A program made the translations under genes and the position numbers. Positions 29,348 through 37,434 of a stretch of DNA of 64,000 nucleotides are shown here, one piece after another. The stretch spans positions 34,339 to 98,338 of the forward strand of contig JABGYD010000057.1 in the NCBI GenBank assembly GCA_018675425.1, given 5' to 3'. Each line of letters begins with the position of its first letter. The first letter of the stretch is position 1. The notes under the pieces are model-generated. The model saw only the letters and a program-made list of their open reading frames with translations, had not been told where the DNA came from and ran no database searches. The DNA comes from Kordiimonadaceae bacterium. Its GTDB lineage: Bacteria > Pseudomonadota > Alphaproteobacteria > Sphingomonadales > Emcibacteraceae.

Positions 29348-31255
29348 TTATTTTGCGACTTTTTTGGCAGTAGTCTTTTTAGGAGCTGCTTTTTTCTTAG
29401 CCGGCTCCGCGTCTTTTTTTACTGCAGTCTTTTTAGGAGCTGCTTTTTTCTTAGCCGGCTCGGCATCTTTTTTTGCTGCAGTCTTTTTAGGAGCTGCTTT
29501 TTTCTTAGCCGGCTCGGCATCTTTTTTTACAGCAGCCTTTTTAGGAGCTGCTTTTTTCTTAGCCGGCTTTGCATCAGCAATAGCTGCTCCAAGAATATCT
29601 CCAAGACTAGCCCCACTATCAGATGATCCGTATTGAGCCACAGCTTCTTTTTCATCAGAAATTTCGAGCTGTTTGATAGAAAGGCTAACTTTTCTAGCTT
29701 TCTTATCAAGGGTCGTCACTTTAGCATCAAGCTTATCACCAACAGAAAAGCGCTCTGGGCGTTGCTCAGCACGATCACGGCTAAGGTCTGAACGACGAAT
29801 AAAGGCTTTCATCCCTTCTTCTTCACCAACGCTTACTTCGAGACCGTTTTCAGTTACTTCTGTAACAGTACATGTTACAGTTCCACCTTTCTTTAGACCA
29901 GAAATTGCATTAACAGGATCACCCTTTAGTTGTTTGATACCGAGAGAAATACGTTCTTTGTCAGTATCAACATCAAGGATGATGGCTTTAACCATATCAC
30001 CTTTCTTATATTCAGCAATGGCCTCTTCACCAGACTTATTCCAGTCTAAATCAGATAAATGAGCCATGCCGTCCATTTCGCCTTCAAGGCCGATAAACAG
30101 ACCAAATTCAGTGATATTCTTAACTTCACCTTCAATTTCTGTGCCTGTTGGGAATTTGTCAGCAAATGAGAGCCATGGATTATCTTTACACTGCTTCAGA
30201 CCAAGGCTGATACGTCGTTTCTCGCCATCGATTTCAAGAACCATAACTTCAACTTCTTGGCTACTTGATACAATCTTGCCAGGATGCACGTTTTTTTTAA
30301 CCCAGCTCATTTCTGAAACGTGAACAAGACCTTCAACGCCATCATCAAGCTCAACAAAGGCACCATAATCGGTGATGTTCGTGATTCGGCCAGTTAGTTT
30401 TGTTCCAATTGGATACTTGCTTGTGATTGTTGACCATGGGTCTTCTGTAAGTTGTTTCATACCCAGGGAAATACGTTGCGTATCTGGATTTAGACGAATA
30501 ATTTGAACGTCAATTGTATCGCCGATAGTCAGGATATCTGATGGATGGTTAATTCGTTTCCACGAAATATCAGTAACGTGAAGAAGACCATCAATACCAC
30601 CAAGGTCAACGAAGGCACCGTAGTCAGTAATATTCTTAACAATACCTTCAACAGTTTTACCTTCAGCTAGGTTTTCTATAATTCCTGTGCGTTGTTCAGC
30701 GCGTGTTTCCTCAAGAATAGCACGTCTTGATACAACAATATTACCACGCTTGCGATCCATTTTAAGTATCTGAAATGGTTGCTCAATATTCATAAGTGGT
30801 GTGACATCGCGTATTGGACGGACATCAACTTGACTACCTGGTAGAAAAGCAACAGCGCCTGAAAGGTCAACTGTAAAGCCGCCCTTGACACGACCAAAGA
30901 TAACGCCATTAACCCGCTCCTCTGCTTCATAAGACTTTTCTAGGACAGTCCATGATTCTTCACGACGTGCCTTTTCACGCGATAGCATTGCTTCGCCCTT
31001 AGCGTTTTCTATACGCTCAACGAAAACCTCAACAGTGTCACCAACTTTGAGTTCAGCTGATTGTCCGTGATCAGCGAATTCTTTAAGTGGAACCCGACCT
31101 TCGGCTTTGAGACCAATATCTATTGTTGCAGATTCTTTATCTACTGCAATGATGATCCCTGTGACGACTTTGCCGTCAAACTTGCCTTCAGGACCAAGAG
31201 AATCTTCGAGCATTGCTGCGAAGTCTTCGGTAGTTGGAACATTAAGTTCAGTCAT
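29348..31255 (-). CDS. rpsA: 30S ribosomal protein S1 with an unusual ~75-aa Lys/Ala/Pro-rich C-terminal extension
   Basis: Six S1 domains (repeated G.V..I..YGAFV.L....GL.H.S) in aroA-cmk-rpsA synteny. The C-terminus is ...AKPAKKKAAPKKAAVKKDAEPAKKKAAPKKTAAKKDAEPAKKKAAPKKTAVKKDAEPAKKKAAPKKTTAKKVAK. Confidence 0.92.
   Translation of the reverse strand: MTELNVPTTEDFAAMLEDSLGPEGKFDGKVVTGIIIAVDKESATIDIGLKAEGRVPLKEFADHGQSAELKVGDTVEVFVERIENAKGEAMLSREKARREESWTVLEKSYEAEERVNGVIFGRVKGGFTVDLSGAVAFLPGSQVDVRPIRDVTPLMNIEQPFQILKMDRKRGNIVVSRRAILEETRAEQRTGIIENLAEGKTVEGIVKNITDYGAFVDLGGIDGLLHVTDISWKRINHPSDILTIGDTIDVQIIRLNPDTQRISLGMKQLTEDPWSTITSKYPIGTKLTGRITNITDYGAFVELDDGVEGLVHVSEMSWVKKNVHPGKIVSSSQEVEVMVLEIDGEKRRISLGLKQCKDNPWLSFADKFPTGTEIEGEVKNITEFGLFIGLEGEMDGMAHLSDLDWNKSGEEAIAEYKKGDMVKAIILDVDTDKERISLGIKQLKGDPVNAISGLKKGGTVTCTVTEVTENGLEVSVGEEEGMKAFIRRSDLSRDRAEQRPERFSVGDKLDAKVTTLDKKARKVSLSIKQLEISDEKEAVAQYGSSDSGASLGDILGAAIADAKPAKKKAAPKKAAVKKDAEPAKKKAAPKKTAAKKDAEPAKKKAAPKKTAVKKDAEPAKKKAAPKKTTAKKVAK
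29373..29575. repeat. About 3.75 copies of a 54-bp tandem repeat, in frame inside the rpsA 3' end
   Basis: Units start at 29373, 29427, 29481 and 29535 (gtctttttaggagctgcttttttcttagccggctcNgcNtctttttttNctgca), with only a few substitutions between copies. Confidence 0.95.
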
Positions 31256-31451
31256 TATTATTACCTATTCATGCGGGCGATCTATCCCATTAGCGGGACA
31301 CCCTGCTTTTATTTCGGGCCGTCGACTATTTTCGATAACCTTAATAAAATGGTTAGTGTTAATGTTAATAAAATAAAAAATCTGCCTCATAAAAAAAATC
31401 TGACTCATAAAAGAGTTAGATCAGTAGATGTCATTAGCAGGTGTTATTACT

Positions 31452-32105
31452 TTACATTTTACTTGAAACAAACTTGATAGCTGCATCAAACACGGCTTCT
31501 ATATCTGAATAACTTGTATCTATCAAGTGGGCATTTTTAGCTTGTTTAAGTGGGGAGGATGCTCTGCTTGTATCCCGTTTATCACGATCCCTGAGTTTAT
31601 TTAGGATTTTTTTATATTCCTTAGCATTTTCATCATTTCCAAACTCTTCCAAAAACCTCCGTTTTGCACGTATTTCAACGTCTGCTGTGATGAAAATTTT
31701 GAATGGGGTGTCAGGGCAGATAACAGTACCTATGTCGCGTCCATCAAGGATGGTGCCATTTTTATTTGGTGGTGGATTATTGGCAAAAGTCCGTTGAAAA
31801 TCAACCAAAGCATGCCTTATTGTAGGAAGTGCCGCAACTTGAGATGCGGCTGTGCCGATTGATTCGCTTCTCAATTCTTTATTTGACAAATCTATATTGG
31901 ATAAATCTTTCAAAGCCTCCAAGGCATCGATTACATTACTTGGATTTCCTCCTTTTTGTATTACATTCCACCCAACTGCTCGGTAGAGAGCCCCGGTATC
32001 GAGAAGTGCAAGGTTGTAGTGAGCCGCTAAGCGGCGACCGAGGGTTCCTTTACCTGATGCAGCTGGACCATCCAGGGCAATGATAAGTTTTTTACTTAAG
32101 AGCAT
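31452..32105 (-). CDS. cmk: Cytidylate kinase
   Basis: P-loop IALDGPAASGKGT and DGRDIGT. Confidence 0.9.
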   Translation of the reverse strand: MLLSKKLIIALDGPAASGKGTLGRRLAAHYNLALLDTGALYRAVGWNVIQKGGNPSNVIDALEALKDLSNIDLSNKELRSESIGTAASQVAALPTIRHALVDFQRTFANNPPPNKNGTILDGRDIGTVICPDTPFKIFITADVEIRAKRRFLEEFGNDENAKEYKKILNKLRDRDKRDTSRASSPLKQAKNAHLIDTSYSDIEAVFDAAIKFVSSKM

Positions 32106-33397
32106 ATTTGAGCTCCAAGTGAATTCATGAGATCCTTAAATCCTGGAAAACTCGTCTCAATGACCCTTCCGTCGTCAATAGAGATTGATTCTTTTGAATT
32201 CAACCCAAGTATAAGAAATGACATGGCAATGCGGTGATCAAGATGAGTTTCAACTAATGTTCCACCAATAACCTCGGACTTAGAGACAGTCATACCATCA
32301 TCGTGCTCAATAACATTAACGCCACTAGCCTTAAGGCCTTTCACCATTACAGCAATACGGTCACTTTCTTTGACACGTAGTTCATTTATACCTCGCATGA
32401 TCGTGTTACCTTCGGCATTTGCAGCTGCTGCACAGAGTACGGGATACTCATCAATCATGGAAGGTGCTCTTTCATGCGGGACCTTTATACCCTTAAGTTT
32501 TGAATATTTTACGTGAATATCTGAAATATCTTCGCCGCAAGATTGACGTTTATTTTCAAAATAAATTTGACCGCCCATATCTAAAAGAGTTTCAAATAAT
32601 CCAATACGAGCGGGGTTCATTCCGACGTTTTTAATTGTTAAGTCAGATCCTTCCGTTATGAGTGCTGCTACAACTAAAAAGGAAGCTGATGATGGATCTG
32701 CAGGAACAGTCATGTCTCTTGCCGTTAATTCAGCGTGCCCACTTACATGAATATTATCCTCATCAATTACAATTGGCACGCCAAAATACTTAAAAATACG
32801 CTCTGAATGATCGCGCGTGGCAAATTTTTCTACTACAGTTGTCCGGCCTGGGGTGTTAAGGCCGGCAAGCATTATAGCAGATTTAACCTGTGCAGATGCC
32901 ATGGGCATTTCGTACAAAATGGGTATGGGGGATTTGGCACCAATGACTTTTATAGGAAGTGTTCCTTCACTATTACCAGAAAACTTTGCTCCAAATATTT
33001 CTAGAGGATTTGTGATGCGTTTCATTGGTCTTGAAGATAATGAACTGTCTCCAGTAAATGTTACTTGTATAGGGTGAGTGGCGACAAGCCCCATAAGTAG
33101 GCGTACTCCTGTTCCACTATTGCCCATATTGAGCGATATTTCTGGCTCTCTTAAGCCACCAATACCAACACCGTGAACGTGCCACACTGTATTATCATCT
33201 TTATAAATATCTGCCCCAAGCGCGCGCAGTGCGCTTGCAGTGCCAAGAACGTCTTCTCCTTCGAGGAGACCTGAGATTTTACTCTCACCAACTGCAAGCG
33301 CTCCCATTATAAGTGCGCGGTGCGATATAGATTTGTCACCCGGCACGGTTATAGATCCTAATAAGGGCCCAGTTTTTGATGAGCTGAGTTTATGCAT
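32096..33397 (-). CDS. aroA: 3-phosphoshikimate 1-carboxyvinyltransferase (EPSP synthase)
   Basis: PGDKSISHR, LNMGNSGTGVRLL and DHRIAMSF blocks. Confidence 0.92.
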   Translation of the reverse strand: MHKLSSSKTGPLLGSITVPGDKSISHRALIMGALAVGESKISGLLEGEDVLGTASALRALGADIYKDDNTVWHVHGVGIGGLREPEISLNMGNSGTGVRLLMGLVATHPIQVTFTGDSSLSSRPMKRITNPLEIFGAKFSGNSEGTLPIKVIGAKSPIPILYEMPMASAQVKSAIMLAGLNTPGRTTVVEKFATRDHSERIFKYFGVPIVIDEDNIHVSGHAELTARDMTVPADPSSASFLVVAALITEGSDLTIKNVGMNPARIGLFETLLDMGGQIYFENKRQSCGEDISDIHVKYSKLKGIKVPHERAPSMIDEYPVLCAAAANAEGNTIMRGINELRVKESDRIAVMVKGLKASGVNVIEHDDGMTVSKSEVIGGTLVETHLDHRIAMSFLILGLNSKESISIDDGRVIETSFPGFKDLMNSLGAQICS

Positions 33398-33612
33398 ATT
33401 TTTTTTATCCGCTTAGATTGATTAATTAAAGAGTGAATTAACATATATTTGGCTATTAGTATCACTTTTTTATCAAGTTTTATCGATATTTTTTTCATTT
33501 TTTTTTCTATTCTTCACACTTTTGTCATATTAGGCTTTGACAGTGGCCTAATAAAATGGCAAATCATTGTTTTTTATGTATTTATGAACAAAATGTTCTT
33601 AGGAGAAATACT

Positions 33613-33966
33613 TTGGTAAAAGCTGAATGGGGCGAAAAACGTCAATGCCCAAAATGTGGAACAAGATTTTACGATCTTGGCGAGTTTGAACCAATTGTTT
33701 GTATTGATTGTGAACATAAATTCAAGCCTGAGATTATTCTTAAGAGTAAAACACATTCTATTGAACTTATTTCAGAAAAGCGGAAAGCTGAAGTTGCAGA
33801 AGAGGCAGCAGAAAGCCTCCTAGATGACGATGCACTCTTGAGTGAGGACGACGATGATATTGAAATTTCACCTGACGACAATACCGTAGTTCTCAGCGAT
33901 GATGATGATACAAATGTTGCTGCTGTTGTTGACGCACCGTACTCGAAACCAACCGTAGAAGAATAA
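33613..33966 (+). CDS. TIGR02300-type (FYDLN zinc-ribbon plus acidic tail) protein of unknown function
   Basis: KAEWGEKRQCPKCGTRFYDLGEFEPIVCIDCEHKF followed by a D/E-rich tail. The likely start is the TTG at 33613, which has an AGGAGA Shine-Dalgarno sequence 6 nt upstream. The ORF-track ATG at 33556 adds 19 non-conserved residues. Confidence 0.7.
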   Translation: MVKAEWGEKRQCPKCGTRFYDLGEFEPIVCIDCEHKFKPEIILKSKTHSIELISEKRKAEVAEEAAESLLDDDALLSEDDDDIEISPDDNTVVLSDDDDTNVAAVVDAPYSKPTVEE

Positions 33967-34069
33967 TTAGTCTCTATATCCTTTATTATTAATAAATGGA
34001 CAAGATGCTAATTGATTGTGCCCAATAAATTATATCCACTTCATTTGAAATCAGAAATAAATGAAATTT

Positions 34070-34145
34070 GGGGCTATAGCTCAGCTGGGAGAGCGCTACA
34101 CTGGCAGTGTAGAGGTCAGCGGTTCGAGCCCGCTTAGCTCCACCA
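34070..34145 (+). tRNA. tRNA-Ala (anticodon GGC), CCA encoded
   Basis: GGGGCTATAGCTCAGCTGGGAGAGCGCTACACTGGCAGTGTAGAGGTCAGCGGTTCGAGCCCGCTTAGCTCCACCA. The cloverleaf folds by eye, the G3:U70 Ala identity pair is present, and the anticodon loop is CT-GGC-A. Confidence 0.95.
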
Positions 34146-34155
34146 ATAATAACAG

Positions 34156-34186
34156 GGACTTAGCTAGAAATGGCTAGGTCCTTTTT
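34156..34186 (+). terminator. Intrinsic terminator after tRNA-Ala
   Basis: GGACTTAGC-tagaaatg-GCTAGGTCC, a 9-bp stem with one G:U pair, followed by TTTTT. Confidence 0.8.
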
Positions 34187-34285
34187 ATTGGCTAGCGAAC
34201 ACTTGATCTATATAAATACCTATTGTTAAAAGCCTTTTTTAAAAATAAAAAAGATCGGTTTAAGATCGTGATTTTTAATCAGAAA

Positions 34286-34327
34286 AGTGCTTGATATTAT
34301 AAAAAAAGTGCTTGATATTATAAAAAA
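34286..34327. repeat. Perfect 2 x 21-bp tandem duplication in the promoter region of the PhoX-like gene
   Basis: agtgcttgatattataaaaaa occurs twice back to back (period 21 bp) and ends 18 nt before the ATG at 34346. Confidence 0.9.
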
Positions 34328-34345
34328 GTATATGGAGAGAACATC

Positions 34346-35713
34346 ATGAAAGTAACGCGTAGAAAATTTGTGGCCGGTGCGGGTAGTTTGGCATTTGCCG
34401 GGCTTACTAATTATTTGTCAGGTTGTTCTTATGAAGCAAAGTCAAAAAGTATACCAGCCTATGGGCCGCTGGTGGAAGCCCGTGACGCTATATTGGATTT
34501 GCCAGAGGGTTTTAGCTACAAAACTATATCTAGGCAGGGAGATCAAATGGATGACGGCTATGTGGTGCCAAAAAATGCTGACGGTATGGGATGCTTTGCA
34601 CTTGAGGGATCAAAAGTAGCGCTTGTGAGAAACCATGAAATTGGCCACAAAAATCCTGATCCAGAAGAACTTAAAAAACTAAAACCTTTACTTAGTCACG
34701 CCTATGATCATACGGATGTCGGTGAACCACTCCTAGGGGGAACAACAACGATTATTTATGATGTGGCTGAAGAAAAGCGGGTAAGTGAATATTACAGTCT
34801 GGTTGGGACCTCAACCAATTGTGCTGGTGGCATTACGCCTTGGGGAAGCTGGCTAACATGCGAAGAAACCACACGCAAATCTGGTGAGGGTTGCCAACAT
34901 GATCATGGATGGGTATTTGAGGTGATGGCGAACGCAAATGGGCCAGTCAAGCCTATACCTCTCAAAGCTATGGGGCGTTTTAACCATGAAGCGGCAGCGG
35001 TTGATCCGAGGACGGGTATTGTTTATCTTACAGAGGACCGCGAAAACAGTTTATTCTACCGATTTATCCCTAATGTTTATGGAGACCTCCTTAAAGGTGG
35101 AAAATTACAGGCATTAGGTGTTCAGGATGTTGCGAGCGGATTTGACAGTCGAAACTGGGACGGCAGATCGTTTGAGCCGGAAAGCTGGCGCAATGTAAGG
35201 TGGATTGATCTAGAAAATATAGAGAGCCCTGAAGATGATCTTAGGATGCGCGGGTTTAAAAATGGTGCGGCAGTATTTGCCCGTGGTGAAGGGATCTTCT
35301 GGGGTGATAATGAGCTTTATTTCTGCTGCTCAACTGGGGGTGTTAAAAACCTTGGGCAGGTGATGAGATACAAACCGTCACTCAATGAAGGTAAGCCTGA
35401 TGAGGCTGATGATCCAGGTCGACTACAACTCTTTTTCGAATCCGTACAAAAAGAGACATTTGGTCTAGGCGATAATATCACTGTTGCACCAAACGGTCAT
35501 CTTATCATTTGTGAAGATCATTATGACGGTACAATAAATCATATAAGGGGAATTACACCATCAGGTGAACTTTACACCCTAGCCAAGGTTAATGTTAAAT
35601 CTGAAACTGCGGGTGTCTGTTTTTCACCTGATGGTACAACCATGTTTGTAAATGTTCAATACCCAACCCAAACTCTTGCTATAAAGGGGCCATGGACACA
35701 ATTTTTATTATAA
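34346..35713 (+). CDS. Tat-exported PhoX-like / DUF839 beta-propeller protein (putative phosphatase), possible lipoprotein
   Basis: Twin-arginine signal MKVTRRKFVAGAGSLAFAG with lipobox-like LSGC. It carries the DUF839/PhoX blocks NCAGGITPWGSWLTCEE, HGWVFEV and MGRFNHEAAAVDP. Confidence 0.7.
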   Translation: MKVTRRKFVAGAGSLAFAGLTNYLSGCSYEAKSKSIPAYGPLVEARDAILDLPEGFSYKTISRQGDQMDDGYVVPKNADGMGCFALEGSKVALVRNHEIGHKNPDPEELKKLKPLLSHAYDHTDVGEPLLGGTTTIIYDVAEEKRVSEYYSLVGTSTNCAGGITPWGSWLTCEETTRKSGEGCQHDHGWVFEVMANANGPVKPIPLKAMGRFNHEAAAVDPRTGIVYLTEDRENSLFYRFIPNVYGDLLKGGKLQALGVQDVASGFDSRNWDGRSFEPESWRNVRWIDLENIESPEDDLRMRGFKNGAAVFARGEGIFWGDNELYFCCSTGGVKNLGQVMRYKPSLNEGKPDEADDPGRLQLFFESVQKETFGLGDNITVAPNGHLIICEDHYDGTINHIRGITPSGELYTLAKVNVKSETAGVCFSPDGTTMFVNVQYPTQTLAIKGPWTQFLL

Positions 35714-35743
35714 CTTTAAGCAAAATTTAAAACCTATTGTTAG

Positions 35744-35916
35744 AGATATGGTGGTTTTTTATCATCTGAAACTGGTGATCTTCCAATTTTACCAAGTATG
35801 GTTGCAGAAGTTGATATATTAAATGGAAAAAAACTATCATCCGTTACCTGATCAACCCGTTACTAAAACTTAAGGATAAAGCTTTTCGTGAGGGTAGTTA
35901 TATTTTTATAGTCTAA
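35744..35916 (+). pseudogene. Decayed C-terminal remnant of an HlyD-family (type I secretion membrane-fusion) gene
   Basis: My translation gives ..SSETGDLPILPSMVAEVDILNGKK, then after a -1 shift in the A7 run (35827-35833) TIIRYLINPLLKLKDKAFREG..*. This matches the conserved HlyD C-terminus (PGM.a.v.I.tG.R.vi.YLl.Pl....a.rE). There is no start codon and no N-terminal ~90% of the protein. Confidence 0.55.
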
Positions 35917-36032
35917 AGATAAATAATTGATGTTCTGATTTGCATTTTAAACTTTATGGTTTATTTAAGTAACAATAAATAGATGATAGTAGTTATTTTG
36001 TTGTTAAAAAATTATAGTAAATTGGAAAAAAT

Positions 36033-37319
36033 ATGTCAGAAAAATATAAATTACCAACCCTAGCCTTGCATGCTGGCCAACAACCCGACCCAACAACAGG
36101 GGCATGTGCCGTACCTATTTATCAGACATCCGCTTATAAATTCAACAATACAGAGCATGCTGCTAACCTTTTTAGTTTAAATGAATTTGGTAATATTTAT
36201 ACACGGTTGATGAACCCAACGACGGACGTATTGGAAAAGCGGGTTGCTGCACTTGAAGGAGGGGTTGCTGGGTTAGCAGTATCAAGCGGACATGCCGCCC
36301 AGTTTACTGTATTTCACACGCTTTTAGAAACAGGGGATGAAATATTAGCTTCGAAAAAGCTTTATGGCGGATCAATTACCCAAATGGGAACTAGTTTTAA
36401 AAAATTTGGTTGGAATACAACATTTGTTGAACCTACTGCTGAGAAATTTAAGGAAGCATTGAATGATAATGTAAAGGCTATATTTATTGAAAGTTTAGCA
36501 AACCCAGGCGGCATTATTACTGATATTTCTGCTATAGCAAAGGTTGCTCACGACGCTGGTATCGTTCTGGTTGTTGATAACACGCTTGCCACACCCTATC
36601 TTTGTCGGCCTATCGAACATGGGGCAGATATTGTTGTCAATTCACTCACCAAATTCCTTGGTGGCCATGGTAATAGCATTGGTGGATTAATTGTTGATAG
36701 TGGTAAGGTTGATTGGCTTAAAAATGACAAGTATCCAACCCTCTCAGCACCCTGTGATAGCTATAATGATATGGTTCTTGCAGATGTTTTTGGTGCGGCG
36801 ATGGGTAATATAGGTTTCATTATCGCTTGCCGGGTTCTTTCCTTGCGCGATATTGGACAGTGTTTGTCTCCCCAGAATGCATTTTATATATTAAATGGAA
36901 TTGAGACGCTTGCCTTAAGAATGGAGCGGCACTGTGAAAATTCGCTTAAGGCAGCTACTTATCTAAAGAACCACGATAAGGTTAAATGGGTTTCCTATGC
37001 AGGGCTTAAAGATGATCCGTATTACTCTTTACACCAAAAATATATGCCAAAAGGAGCAGGTGCGGTCATGACTATTGGTTTAACTGGTGGATATGAAGCG
37101 GGCAAAAAAATGGTTGAACATGTGAAATTATTTACACATCTTGCTAATATTGGTGATGCCAGGAGTTTAATAATACATCCATCTTCGACAACGCATAGTC
37201 AATTAAATGAAGAAGAACAAATTGCTGCCGCGGCAGGACCTGACGTTATTCGGCTTTCAGTTGGTATTGAAGACATTGATGATATAATTGCTGACTTAGA
37301 TCAAGCATTGAACGCTTAG
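36033..37319 (+). CDS. metY: O-acetylhomoserine sulfhydrylase (direct sulfhydrylation)
   Basis: 428 aa with [28 protein letters not shown] and the PLP lysine in [11 protein letters not shown]. Confidence 0.87.
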   Translation: MSEKYKLPTLALHAGQQPDPTTGACAVPIYQTSAYKFNNTEHAANLFSLNEFGNIYTRLMNPTTDVLEKRVAALEGGVAGLAVSSGHAAQFTVFHTLLETGDEILASKKLYGGSITQMGTSFKKFGWNTTFVEPTAEKFKEALNDNVKAIFIESLANPGGIITDISAIAKVAHDAGIVLVVDNTLATPYLCRPIEHGADIVVNSLTKFLGGHGNSIGGLIVDSGKVDWLKNDKYPTLSAPCDSYNDMVLADVFGAAMGNIGFIIACRVLSLRDIGQCLSPQNAFYILNGIETLALRMERHCENSLKAATYLKNHDKVKWVSYAGLKDDPYYSLHQKYMPKGAGAVMTIGLTGGYEAGKKMVEHVKLFTHLANIGDARSLIIHPSSTTHSQLNEEEQIAAAAGPDVIRLSVGIEDIDDIIADLDQALNA

Positions 37320-37434
37320 TTAGGAAAGGTGAATTAATTGACGCAATAATTCGAAGGCCTCAGTACTTGTATGGGCCTACAACTGGACTGATTAATTTTA
37401 ATTATGTACACTAATGAATAGTTAGGGGTAGATA

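Noticed and set aside
29373-29575. Regularly spaced repeats that could superficially suggest a CRISPR-like array.
   Set aside because: The units are contiguous with no spacers. The period is 54 bp, in frame within rpsA, and there are no cas genes.
29285-29636. Two plus-strand ORFs (113 aa and 90 aa) with highly repetitive F/L/S/A-rich sequence.
   Set aside because: They are antisense shadow ORFs created by the 54-bp repeats in the rpsA tail. They have no Shine-Dalgarno sequence, their composition is implausible, and they overlap a confidently called essential gene entirely.
29673-31477. Several plus-strand ORFs of 85-138 aa opposite rpsA and its leader.
   Set aside because: These are antisense ORFs within a highly conserved gene, S/R/P-rich as is typical of reverse-frame translation.
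35917-36032. A SAM-II/SAM-V-type riboswitch upstream of metY (also checked 50649-50718 upstream of metZ).
   Set aside because: The spacers are AT-rich with no recognisable pseudoknot core. The only AAAGCU lies inside the HlyD remnant, more than 140 nt from the start. This cannot be fully excluded without a covariance-model scan.
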